Assembly (NCBI GenBank): GCA_044221725.1
Contig: JBGAON010000003.1
Span: 320,001 to 384,000, forward strand
Length of the DNA stretch: 64,000 nt
Reading direction: 5' to 3'
Source of the DNA: Elusimicrobiota bacterium
GTDB lineage: Bacteria > Elusimicrobiota > Elusimicrobia > F11
Part shown: one piece after another, positions 50,487 to 59,388 of the stretch
Layout: each line of letters starts with the position of its first letter
Position numbering within the stretch: position 1 is the first letter of the stretch
Made by a program: the position numbers and the translations under genes
The notes under the pieces: model-generated
Databases searched by the model: none
Told to the model about the DNA's origin: nothing
The model's input: the letters and a program-made list of their open reading frames with translations, nothing else

Positions 50487-51592
50487 AGACCGCATGCGTG
50501 ATCGGAGCAGGCCCCGCGGGACTTAGCGCTGCCATCGGACTTTCTCGAAGCGATTATCAAGTCACGGTATGGGAACAGCGCCCCCTATGGCAAGGTCGCG
50601 TGTGCGGCGGCTTTATCAATTCGGAAGCCGTCCGGCATTTGAAATGGCTCGGTGTGTGGAATCAAATTTCAATCGAGGCGGTACCCATTTCGGAAACGAA
50701 AGTGACGTTTGGAAACAATCGCGACGAACTTGCAATCGCGCATTACGATGAGGTGGGCATCCCAAGAAAAAATCTGGAAGAAACATTGATTCGCCAAGCA
50801 CAATCGGAAGGCGTCGAAATAAAATTCGGCCAACGCTTCAAACCCGAAGGAAACCCCACCGCCGACCTCATTGTAATTTCCTCCGGCCGCGGCTTAATTC
50901 CACTCTCTGCGGCCCGCAGCGAATCGGGGCCTGCCCCCCGTAGCCCGCAGGGCGAAGGGGGGTGGTACGGTTGGAACGCCCAGTTCAAAAACGCAAACCA
51001 ACGCGCCGGTCAAATGTCGATCCAATTCTATTCGCGCGGCTACGTCGGTACGCTCACACACGCGGACGGCACCACAAACGTGTGCGGGCTTGTTCAACGG
51101 AAGCCGAACGAACGGCCACAGTGGGACTCTGTTTTCGAGGAAGCAAAGGAAAAGAGTCACGGCTTTCTGTTGCGGCTCGGCCAAGCCGATCGCATCAGCG
51201 AATGGCGCGCCGTTGGCCCGCTCCCTTACGCGCGTGGTCGCCGTCATAGTTTTGCGGAAACATATTTTGTCGGAGACGCCGCCGCTGTAGGAGATCCTTA
51301 TATGGGAGAGGGAATTGGGCGTGCTCTTAGCGCGGGTCCCATGATTTACGATGCGCTCTCCGAACAGACATCGATTGAGCATTTCAATCGTTCATGGTTG
51401 AACGCCTACGACGGTCGATTCCGAGTTGGGCGAACACTGCGTTGGTTGCTCGAGCACCCGTTTTGGTTGTTCATATTTGGTAAAAGTCTCGGAGCTCGAA
51501 GCACAGCGAAACTCTGGAGACACCTCAATGACTACGGATACAAATCAAAAAACCTATCACGTCCGAAATTCCGAGAAATGCTTTCGGTTTAA
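50483..51592 (+). CDS. FAD-dependent oxidoreductase/monooxygenase
   Basis: IGAGPAG, RVCGGFI, VGDAA..DPYMGEGI. Confidence 0.88.
   Translation: MKTACVIGAGPAGLSAAIGLSRSDYQVTVWEQRPLWQGRVCGGFINSEAVRHLKWLGVWNQISIEAVPISETKVTFGNNRDELAIAHYDEVGIPRKNLEETLIRQAQSEGVEIKFGQRFKPEGNPTADLIVISSGRGLIPLSAARSESGPAPRSPQGEGGWYGWNAQFKNANQRAGQMSIQFYSRGYVGTLTHADGTTNVCGLVQRKPNERPQWDSVFEEAKEKSHGFLLRLGQADRISEWRAVGPLPYARGRRHSFAETYFVGDAAAVGDPYMGEGIGRALSAGPMIYDALSEQTSIEHFNRSWLNAYDGRFRVGRTLRWLLEHPFWLFIFGKSLGARSTAKLWRHLNDYGYKSKNLSRPKFREMLSV
50934..50962. repeat. REP-like family B palindrome inside the oxidoreductase CDS
   Basis: CCCCCCGTAGCCCGCAGGGCGAAGGGGGG encodes PRSPQGEGG. Confidence 0.65.
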
Positions 51593-51944
51593 GCCCGACG
51601 CATTTTGCTCGCACGCACCCACGAACCGCGGTATTTACGAACTTGTGACGTTCGATGAAAATCAAAACCCCAAAGTTTTGTTTGTCGGAGCCGCGTTTGA
51701 AAAAGGAATTTTGGAATCGCTCGAAGCGCACGCGGCGGGCACGATCGAACCCAAAGCAAATGACTTGCTCGCGAAATTTCCCAATTTGTATTTCGATTAT
51801 CTCACCGAGATGGACGCAAAAACCAAAGAAGATGCGCAGGATATCTACTGGTGGTTGATTCAAAAGCACAAACCGCCGTTTAACGATCTTTCCACGCCGC
51901 ACTCCGCGCGCTACGAAAAAATCGACGTCGTTGAGGCCAATTAA
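51528..51944 (+). CDS. Hypothetical protein with degenerate GIY-YIG-like motif
   Basis: GGAGA RBS; APTNRGIYEL..VLFVG..HKPPFN pattern. Confidence 0.5.
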   Translation: MTTDTNQKTYHVRNSEKCFRFKPDAFCSHAPTNRGIYELVTFDENQNPKVLFVGAAFEKGILESLEAHAAGTIEPKANDLLAKFPNLYFDYLTEMDAKTKEDAQDIYWWLIQKHKPPFNDLSTPHSARYEKIDVVEAN

Positions 51945-51959
51945 TTTTCTGAACTGAAG

Positions 51960-53111
51960 ATGGCGTCCGAAAACAGTCTTCTCTTCCTTTATATGGCTGC
52001 GGGCACGGGCCATCAGAAAGCGGCCGAAGCTATTATGGAGGCCGCATCGCGCATGGATCCGCGCATGCAGTACACCAATATCAACGTAGGCATGCACACG
52101 TTCCCCATCATCGGCACGATGGTTAACCGCATGTATTTGCAGATGCTGAAAAGCGCGCCGTTCATCTGGGAGTATCTTTATGACAATCCCGAAGTTGAAG
52201 AAGCCACGCGCGACGCGCGCGAGCTGTTGCGGCTCGCGGGTTCGCTCAAAATAAAACGCATGCTGAAAAAGTATCGGCCATCGGCGGTGGTGTGCACGCA
52301 AGCGATGCCCGCGATCTCGATGTCTGCCGAAAAGCGCGCCGGGCGTTTAAAAGTCCCGCTCATCTGCGTCGTTACAGATTTCGGAGTTCACACTTATTGG
52401 TTGCACGAAGAAGTGGATCTTTATTTGGTGGGGCACGACGACGTGAAACGCGAAATGGTGCAGCGTGGAATTTCGGCTGATCGCATTCGCGTCACTGGAA
52501 TTCCGATCATGCCGAAGTTTGGAGAATCGGCGAACCAAGCGGAGGTTCGCCAGAAATTACGTCTTCATCCAAACAAAAAAACGTTGCTGCTCATGGGTGG
52601 CGGGCACGGCCTCGGCCCTATTGATGAGATTGTTGAAGCGGTTTCAAATATTCCGGTGAACATTCAAACGATCGTCGTTTGCGGTCGCAACCGCCGCACC
52701 TACAAGAAAATAATCAAGGCGACCCGTAACGACCCGGATTTCCATGTCTTCGGTTATGTGAAAGACACCTCTCAACTAATGAGCGCCGCCGACATTTTAA
52801 TCACGAAGCCCGGCGGCTTGACCTGTTCCGAAGCGCTTGCCAAGCAATTGCCGATGATTTTGACGAGCCCGATTCCGGGTCAAGAAGAACGCAATGTTCG
52901 GTTCTTAACGCGTTACAAAGTCGCCAAGCTGGCGCACTCGCCAGAAGATTTGCAAATTCTGCTTCTCGATTTGTTTCGTCATCCAAAAAAAATTGAATCG
53001 ATGCGTCAGCGCGCGAAGTTGGTTGCGAAGCCGCACGCTGCGTGGGAAGCATCGCGCTTGATGTTCGATTTGATTCATCGCCGCGGTTCGTTCGCCCATC
53101 CGATTTCCTAA
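51960..53111 (+). CDS. UgtP/MGDG synthase family glycosyltransferase (GT28)
   Basis: GTGHQKAA, VVTDF..H..W, TGIP, ITKPGGLTCSEA, PIPGQEERN. Confidence 0.9.
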   Translation: MASENSLLFLYMAAGTGHQKAAEAIMEAASRMDPRMQYTNINVGMHTFPIIGTMVNRMYLQMLKSAPFIWEYLYDNPEVEEATRDARELLRLAGSLKIKRMLKKYRPSAVVCTQAMPAISMSAEKRAGRLKVPLICVVTDFGVHTYWLHEEVDLYLVGHDDVKREMVQRGISADRIRVTGIPIMPKFGESANQAEVRQKLRLHPNKKTLLLMGGGHGLGPIDEIVEAVSNIPVNIQTIVVCGRNRRTYKKIIKATRNDPDFHVFGYVKDTSQLMSAADILITKPGGLTCSEALAKQLPMILTSPIPGQEERNVRFLTRYKVAKLAHSPEDLQILLLDLFRHPKKIESMRQRAKLVAKPHAAWEASRLMFDLIHRRGSFAHPIS

Positions 53112-53114
53112 TCA

Positions 53115-53981
53115 ATGCGCTTTTTTTTCTGGGATACATTTCAGACGCTCGCTGCCAATATTTTTGAAATGCTGGCTTGGTTTTGTGGGCGTCTTCCAAA
53201 GCGATTGAAATATTTTTTCGTTGGGTGGCTCGGTTTTGCCTTCGGCGTGTTAGCGCGCAACATGCGGAAATCTCTCCAAGAAAATTTGCACGTGATCTTT
53301 GAAATGGAAAAAGGGGAATTGGGCTCGCTTTCAAACACAATCTTTCGAAATTTCGCGTGGACCATGTGTGATTTCTTTTTGCCCGACGGCATTGAAGTTG
53401 AAGTGGACCCGTCCGACCGTGCAAAGGTGGAGCTCTTGCGAAAAACATATCCGGGTGTACTGGTGCTTACGTTCCATCTTGGGCATTGGGAGCTGGGCGC
53501 GCGCACGATGCAAAGCTGGGGTTGGCCCGTGACCGCCGTGTATCAACCGTACAGCAACAAAAAATTTAAAGAGGTCATCGAAGCCCGACGTGCGCCCGGT
53601 GTGAATTTTCTCCCGGTGGGAGGAACCGCGGCCACCGGCGTGCGCGACGCCTTACGGCGCGGCGACGTAGTCGCGATGCTCGGCGATCACATGTTTGGTG
53701 AAGATGGTGCGGAAGTGCAATTGCTGGGCCAAAAGGTTATGTGGCCAAAAGGTCCGGTGGTGCTCGCCGTGCGCGAACAATGCCCGATTGTTATTGCTGT
53801 TGTGGTGCGAACCGAGCTCGGCAAATACAAAGCCTTCGTCGAAGATCCGATGATTCCTCAGTCGAAAAGTCGCGCTGAGGTGCAAAGATTGGTGCAAGAA
53901 GTGGCCGACAAATTTGGTAAGTTCCTCCCGCATTATCCTTCCCAGTGGTACCGATTCCGAAGATTTGATTTCGTGAAATAA
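53115..53981 (+). CDS. LpxL/PatA-like lysophospholipid acyltransferase
   Basis: TFHLGHWE, LGDH, PSQWYRF. Confidence 0.85.
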   Translation: MRFFFWDTFQTLAANIFEMLAWFCGRLPKRLKYFFVGWLGFAFGVLARNMRKSLQENLHVIFEMEKGELGSLSNTIFRNFAWTMCDFFLPDGIEVEVDPSDRAKVELLRKTYPGVLVLTFHLGHWELGARTMQSWGWPVTAVYQPYSNKKFKEVIEARRAPGVNFLPVGGTAATGVRDALRRGDVVAMLGDHMFGEDGAEVQLLGQKVMWPKGPVVLAVREQCPIVIAVVVRTELGKYKAFVEDPMIPQSKSRAEVQRLVQEVADKFGKFLPHYPSQWYRFRRFDFVK

Positions 53982-54047
53982 TTGCGGCACGCGAGAACCC
54001 CAGATCCCAAAAACCGCTGACTTTTAAAGTCGTTTTTTGACTTTCTT

Positions 54048-54093
54048 ATTGTCCAGGCAATTGTCTTGACAATTGTCTGGACATACTTATAAT
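54048..54093 (+). promoter_or_regulatory. TA operon promoter with three tandem 12-bp operator repeats
   Basis: ATTGTCCAGGCA ATTGTCTTGACA ATTGTCTGGACA; TTGACA-N16-TATAAT. Confidence 0.75.
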
Positions 54094-54099
54094 TATCCT

Positions 54100-54483
54100 A
54101 TGAAACAAGGAAATTTGGCCTTCACATTAAACGAACCTCTCTCGGAACAAAATGCCGCCCAACATATGGGGGCGATCATTCGTGATTCCCATATTCCCGC
54201 CTATATGATTGCTCAGGGGCTTGGAATACCCGAGAAAAATCTCAGCCGCATCACAGGCCAACATCATAAACCTCGACGCGATACGTTGAAACAATTGGAA
54301 CGTGTCGAGAAAGTATTTCAAGAGGCGCTTCGAGTTCTTACTCCAAAGGGAGCATTTGAGTGGTTGCGGAAAGCGAATCCTTATTTAAACGATGTCGCTC
54401 CGATTCAGTGTTTGCGCTCGGAGAAAGAACTGGAAAAAGTATTGGGGCTTCTCGGCTCAATTAAATTCGGTTTTCCAGCTTGA
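54100..54483 (+). CDS. Xre/MbcA/ParS-type antitoxin
   Basis: HTH followed by EWLRKANPYL..API..VLGLLG..G. Confidence 0.8.
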   Translation: MKQGNLAFTLNEPLSEQNAAQHMGAIIRDSHIPAYMIAQGLGIPEKNLSRITGQHHKPRRDTLKQLERVEKVFQEALRVLTPKGAFEWLRKANPYLNDVAPIQCLRSEKELEKVLGLLGSIKFGFPA

Positions 54484-54992
54484 ACTTAGCGGCACTCGCC
54501 GACTTATATCCCGGTATCAAAAAACAGGGAACCGCTTTCCGAATGGTGAATGCGGAATTCGAATCCTCGATCGATGAAATTAGCCACTCAATGGTTTTCG
54601 GAGCTCGGTTCAACCCAAAAGGGGAATTCGGAGTGCTCTACTTATCGTTAAGTGTGGACTGCTGCTTCAAAGAGAAGATTAAACAGGTCGGAACAAAAAA
54701 TTATTTGAAAGCGCAGACAGTTGGCACGTTTGAATTCCGTTTTGAACGTTGCCTTGACTTAACAGAGAAAGCCAACCTCGTGAAACTAGAAATTGAAACC
54801 TCGAAGCTAGTTGTTCCAGACGATTTCAATGAACCTCAGATTCTCGCTCGTGAAACTCGAAGAGTGGGATTTGAAGCCATTGTGGCTCCATCGGCGGTGG
54901 GAGAAGAGTGCCGAAATATTGTTGTTTTCAAAGATAAGCTGGGTCGCAAATCGTTTTGCGAATTGAAGAATACAAAGCCCTATAAGTTTTAG
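54480..54992 (+). CDS. RES-domain toxin
   Basis: FR..GARFNP..LYLS..E, EAIVAPSA, NIVVF; overlaps the antitoxin stop. Confidence 0.85.
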   Translation: MNLAALADLYPGIKKQGTAFRMVNAEFESSIDEISHSMVFGARFNPKGEFGVLYLSLSVDCCFKEKIKQVGTKNYLKAQTVGTFEFRFERCLDLTEKANLVKLEIETSKLVVPDDFNEPQILARETRRVGFEAIVAPSAVGEECRNIVVFKDKLGRKSFCELKNTKPYKF

Positions 54993-55041
54993 CGTGGAAC
55001 ATAATTTGATAAGTTTCGGGTCCTTCCTAGCCGTATTTCTC

Positions 55042-55115
55042 CGGGGTGTAGCTCAGTTGGCTAGAGCGCTTGGTTCGGGACCAAGAGGTCGCAGGTTCAA
55101 GTCCTGTCACCCCGA
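55042..55115 (+). tRNA. tRNA-Pro(CGG)
   Basis: Cloverleaf CGGGGTG/CACCCCG, anticodon loop TTCGGGA, GGTTCAAGTCC; no encoded CCA. Confidence 0.95.
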
Positions 55116-55117
55116 TT

Positions 55118-55173
55118 CTCCTTCGTTAAAACTACGGAGGATTTTGCCCCCCGTAGCTTCAGCGAAGGAGGGC
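55118..55173. repeat. Inverted doublet of REP-like family B flanked by a duplicated tRNA 3' end
   Basis: CTCCTTCGTTAAAACTACGGAGG ... CCCCCGTAGCTTCAGCGAAGGAGGGC; CTGTCACCCCGATTCT at 55104 and 55173. Confidence 0.8.
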
Positions 55174-55226
55174 TGTCACCCCGATTCTTTTGAGTTTTTT
55201 AAATTCTTTGTTACACTCCGCCAACG

Positions 55227-56057
55227 ATGAAAGATAGTTTGGATCCCGTCACACTTTACTTTCAGGGCATAAAGAACCTCCCACCTATTTCCAAAGAGGA
55301 CTTTGAAGATCTTTGGAAGCGCGCCGGAAAAAACGACAAGGTCGCGAAGAAACGCCTCATCGAAGGCAACCTGCGTCTCGTTATTCCGATTGCAAAAAAA
55401 TATTACCGCCCTGGCATCGACTTCCTCGATTTGATTGAAGAAGGGAACTTGGGCCTCATGCACGCGGTCGACAAATTTGATTACACGCGCGGTTTTCGTT
55501 TCTCTACGTACGCCGCGTACTGGATCGAACAATCGGTCCGCCGCGCGATCGATGAACAATCAAAAACAATTCGTATTCCTCCGCACGCTTGGGAAGCGCT
55601 ACGAAAATGGCTCAAGCAGTGGGACCAATTGCACGGAGCGTTTGGACGTGATCCCACGTTGGGCGAGATGGCGAAAAAACTTCATTTGTCGGCGCGTCAG
55701 ATTCGCGGTGTGTTGGATGCTGCGGAAGCCGCGCGCGGTCTCGAAAGTTTGGACACGCCGCTCGATGACGACGAAGATTTATTTGTTAAAGATGTGGTCG
55801 CCGAATCGAGCGAACATTCGCCGGACAACATTTTGTCCGAGTTGCGCATGAAAGACGAAATGGACAAAGCGCTCGGCAAAGTGGGCGAACGCGAACGACA
55901 AATTTTGGAAATGCGGTTTGGTCTGAACGGATCGGAGCGCATGACGTTGGAAACCGTTGGCCGCAAGCTTCGGCTTTCCCGTGAACGCGTGCGACAACTC
56001 GAAGAACGAGGCCTTCAGCGTTTGCGCCGCGCGGCGCAGCGTATGGGCCTCATATGA
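55227..56057 (+). CDS. Sigma-70 family group 2 (RpoS/RpoD-like) sigma factor
   Basis: NLRLV, DLIEEGNLGL, FRFSTYA, IRIP, SRERVRQ; no region 1.1. Confidence 0.92.
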   Translation: MKDSLDPVTLYFQGIKNLPPISKEDFEDLWKRAGKNDKVAKKRLIEGNLRLVIPIAKKYYRPGIDFLDLIEEGNLGLMHAVDKFDYTRGFRFSTYAAYWIEQSVRRAIDEQSKTIRIPPHAWEALRKWLKQWDQLHGAFGRDPTLGEMAKKLHLSARQIRGVLDAAEAARGLESLDTPLDDDEDLFVKDVVAESSEHSPDNILSELRMKDEMDKALGKVGERERQILEMRFGLNGSERMTLETVGRKLRLSRERVRQLEERGLQRLRRAAQRMGLI

Positions 56058-56587
56058 CGCCGCAAGCCATCTCCGAAAACCTCAAACAATACATTCGCAC
56101 GATTCCTGATTTTCCGAAAAAAGGAATTCTATTCCGAGATATCACCACACTTCTCTCCGACGCCAACGCATTTCGTATCGCTATCGATCAGTTGGTCGAG
56201 CCGTATAAAGACAAAGGAATTGAAAAAGTCGTTGGTATCGAGTCGCGCGGATTTTTAGCAGCGGCACCGCTTGCGTATCATCTGAAAGCTGGTTTCGTTC
56301 CAGTTCGCAAGCGCGGAAAACTTCCTCACAAAACCCAGTCGGTAACCTACGAATTGGAATATGGCGTTGATACGCTAGAGATTCACGACGATGCCGTGAA
56401 GAAAGGGGAAAAAGTTCTTATCGCCGACGACTTGCTCGCCACCGGCGGAACCGCGAAAGCCACCTGCGACCTCATCGAAAAAAGCGGCGGAATTGTTTCC
56501 GGCGTTGCCTTCCTCATCGAATTGGCTGCGCTTAATGGGCGCGAGAAGCTAAAAGCCCACAGCGTGTTCTCGCTGATCCAATATTAA
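56054..56587 (+). CDS. apt: Adenine phosphoribosyltransferase
   Basis: PDFPKKGILFRDI, GIESRGF, LEYG, ADDLLATGGT. Confidence 0.97.
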   Translation: MTPQAISENLKQYIRTIPDFPKKGILFRDITTLLSDANAFRIAIDQLVEPYKDKGIEKVVGIESRGFLAAAPLAYHLKAGFVPVRKRGKLPHKTQSVTYELEYGVDTLEIHDDAVKKGEKVLIADDLLATGGTAKATCDLIEKSGGIVSGVAFLIELAALNGREKLKAHSVFSLIQY

Positions 56588-56620
56588 GTCGTCTACTATT
56601 GTTCGGTATTCGCTGGTTTT

Positions 56621-57079
56621 TTAGCGACGGACAAAGTTGTTCGCGAAAGTGGCGAGGCTCCAGGTAAGAAAAACAAAACGTTCCGCTTTCACGCTCGTAC
56701 GCAACAAGCGAAAATAACTATTGCCCGCGAACAGGCCGATCAGCGAACCTACAAAAATTCCGACGGCCAATTGTCCGATTGGCATGACGACGTGGCCATC
56801 GGGGCTGACGGCCGGCCAAACGCGCATAACAATCGCGAGCGTGAGCGCGTAACTCGCAATCGTTATCGCAATCCATACAATTGCTTTCACAAAAAAATCC
56901 AACGGCGCCTGTTTTGTTGCAAAGAGGCTAAACACGAGGGCAATCACCGGCAAAGCGGCAAGAATCACCTGCGCATCTTGTTTGAGTTGGCGCGCAACAA
57001 ACAAATGAATCAAAACCATTACCGACAAGAAACACACTTGTGAGAATTGACCTTTTGGCGATACGCTGACGTCCTTCAT
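56621..57079 (-). CDS. Hypothetical membrane protein
   Basis: GGAGG RBS, about five hydrophobic segments. Confidence 0.6.
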   Translation of the reverse strand: MKDVSVSPKGQFSQVCFLSVMVLIHLFVARQLKQDAQVILAALPVIALVFSLFATKQAPLDFFVKAIVWIAITIASYALTLAIVMRVWPAVSPDGHVVMPIGQLAVGIFVGSLIGLFAGNSYFRLLRTSVKAERFVFLTWSLATFANNFVRR

Positions 57080-57170
57080 AAATTTCCTCCGGATTGAGTT
57101 CCTTTTTTAGATCCTGACAAACATCATTTTGATTGCCAAGCCATACTTCTTCAATGTACTTTAGAGACCA

Positions 57171-58463
57171 ATGAGAACAAACAGTTCACCGCGCGTTAAA
57201 TGCGTGGGCGTTTTTTTGGTGATGGCGGTGGCTCGAGGAATCGCATTTTCTTCCTGCGATTTGGGGCCCAACTTAATCGTTCCGGAAAGGTTCATCGTGA
57301 AATTGGAACCGCGGTCCGTTTCCGGTAATAAAAAAGAATCTCTCTCCTATTCGTGGGTGCAAATTTTTGGCCCTGAAGTGACCATCGATAAACCGCATTC
57401 GCTTGTGGCCAGTGTTACAGCGCCCAAGCTCTCTTCGAACGAACCGTTGTTGCTCGGTTTCTCGTTTCATGCGGACGCAGGCCATCGCGATGTGTGCGGC
57501 GAGCGCACCTGGGTAATGGTGGAGCACGTGAACTCGGCGCCTGTTCCTTCGGCGGGGAAATCCATTGCGGCGGACGAATTCAACGTCGTGTCATTGGATG
57601 CCGGCCAATCGAAAGACGCGGACCACGATCCACTTCAATTTGTTTGGTGCCAAACCAAAGGCGACCGGGTTCAATTGAGCAACCCTCTGAACAGCTCGGC
57701 GCTTTTCACGATGCCTCAGATGAGTATCGATCGTCGAGGCGTTGTCGCTACGTTTCAAGTATGGGTGAGTGATGGGTATTCCGACTGGACGCCCGCCGAC
57801 GTAAATGTTTCGTACACCGCGTTCCATCAATTTTCAAAATCAAAATCGGATGAGCCCCCGCAATCGCTCGCGGATCAACAAAACGATCGCGCCTATAGCG
57901 ATAATATTGAAAAGGGTGTGAGCAAAGCTGTCGATCAAGAAATGCTGAGTCTTCGAGAAGCGGTGGCCGGAAAAAATTTGGCGCTGGCTCGAGCGAAGCT
58001 TGAGAAGATTCTCGTGATGAACCCCAAATACGTGAATGCGGTGCAAATGTTTATCGCCGCGGACAGAGAAGCGTTCAAAAAAGTTTTATCGATTTTGCAG
58101 GGTGGAAAGGATCTGTTCCAACGCCGCGACTATTTGAACAGTGTTCGAGAATTTCATCGGGTACGAGAGTCGGGTTCGCTTGCCGTCGTGGCCCAAGTGT
58201 ATATCAATGCGTGCTTGGAAGCGCTTGAGATGGAAGCGCGGGAAACGGGCGATTCGAACACCGACGCCAAGACGGTCGTCGTGCAATTAACACGCAACGA
58301 AGAGATCAGTCGCGATCTGTATCGCGAAGGGCTGCTCTATTATTCGAAAGGAGAACTGAACTTGGCGACCGCCAAGTGGCGGGAAGCGTTACACTTGAAC
58401 CGAAACAATTCTCTGGCGTTGTCAGCGTACAATCACGTGCTTGCAGAAACGGGCGCGAAGTGA
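57171..58463 (+). CDS. Exported protein with PKD/REJ-like Ig repeats and C-terminal TPRs
   Basis: LSYSWVQ..GP, SLDAGQSKDAD.D.LQFVWCQ, TPR LYREGLLYY..A..KW. Confidence 0.65.
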   Translation: MRTNSSPRVKCVGVFLVMAVARGIAFSSCDLGPNLIVPERFIVKLEPRSVSGNKKESLSYSWVQIFGPEVTIDKPHSLVASVTAPKLSSNEPLLLGFSFHADAGHRDVCGERTWVMVEHVNSAPVPSAGKSIAADEFNVVSLDAGQSKDADHDPLQFVWCQTKGDRVQLSNPLNSSALFTMPQMSIDRRGVVATFQVWVSDGYSDWTPADVNVSYTAFHQFSKSKSDEPPQSLADQQNDRAYSDNIEKGVSKAVDQEMLSLREAVAGKNLALARAKLEKILVMNPKYVNAVQMFIAADREAFKKVLSILQGGKDLFQRRDYLNSVREFHRVRESGSLAVVAQVYINACLEALEMEARETGDSNTDAKTVVVQLTRNEEISRDLYREGLLYYSKGELNLATAKWREALHLNRNNSLALSAYNHVLAETGAK

Positions 58464-58561
58464 CATTTGGGTTGCCAAGCCGCACTTCTTCAATGTACTC
58501 TCATTATTATATGGCGACATCAACCCGGAAAATTTTTGCTCGTATCGAGCGAAGTCGAAGT

Positions 58562-58634
58562 GCCCCCGTAGCTCAATTGGAAGAGCGGCTCCGTCCTAAG
58601 GAGATGGTTGGTGGTTCGATTCCGCCCGGGGGTG
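58562..58634 (+). tRNA. tRNA-Arg(CCT)
   Basis: GCCCCCG acceptor, GCTC/GAGC D-stem, loop GTCCTAA, GGTTCGATTCC. Confidence 0.85.
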
Positions 58635-58638
58635 ATCA

Positions 58639-59295
58639 ATGAGCACGCGTTCCGATCTCAAAGAAAATATTCTCGCCACAAAAGTGGAAGGTGTGCTCGC
58701 ATGGGTGCTCACGAACCGCGTTCCTGTTATTGCAACGGCGGCCGTCGCAGCGCTTGTTCTTCTTTTTGGAAGCGTGGTCGTTTTGCGGAACCGAGAAAGG
58801 CGCGAAATCAACATTACGCGCATGGCGCTCGCACAATCTTTTCTTATGCAGCATCAATACGACCGCGCCTATCAGGCTTTCGAAGAATTAAAACCAACCG
58901 TTAGCGATAACAACTTGTTGGCGCAGGCGTTGTACTACCAGGGCGCGTCGGCGCTCGGTCTTAAGAAATTCGACGACGCCGAAAAACTTTTTTCCGAAGC
59001 GGTTGATCGCAGCGCTAAGTCGCCGCTGAAGCCGTTGGCGTTATCCAATATGGGATTTGCCCAAGAATCAAAAAAGAATTATGAGGCCGCCGCCCAAACA
59101 TACGAACGTTTCATGTCGGAGTTTGGCGAGCATTTTCTTGCGGCGCGCGTGCAGCTGAATCTCGGTCGCGCGTTGGCCGCCGCCAACAAAATTGACGACG
59201 CCAAAAAAGCGCTCGGCCACCTTATCGATCTCTATCCAACCTCGCACTGGGCTGAAAACGCGCGGTCAATTATGGACAAATTAAAAACTCGGTGA
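58639..59295 (+). CDS. Membrane-anchored TPR protein (YfgM-like)
   Basis: Single TM followed by TPR repeats. Confidence 0.75.
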   Translation: MSTRSDLKENILATKVEGVLAWVLTNRVPVIATAAVAALVLLFGSVVVLRNRERREINITRMALAQSFLMQHQYDRAYQAFEELKPTVSDNNLLAQALYYQGASALGLKKFDDAEKLFSEAVDRSAKSPLKPLALSNMGFAQESKKNYEAAAQTYERFMSEFGEHFLAARVQLNLGRALAAANKIDDAKKALGHLIDLYPTSHWAENARSIMDKLKTR

Positions 59296-59388
59296 TACAA
59301 TCCGCGCACTTTGCCTTTCACATTTTTTCTGATTCACGGTATTTTGAATAGCAGCACAAATCAAAACTCCTAAGGGGGAATCACAAAG

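Noticed and set aside
54994..55230. 78 aa ORF spanning tRNA-Pro (similarly ORFs over tRNA-Arg)
   Set aside because: Spurious translation across RNA genes and repeats
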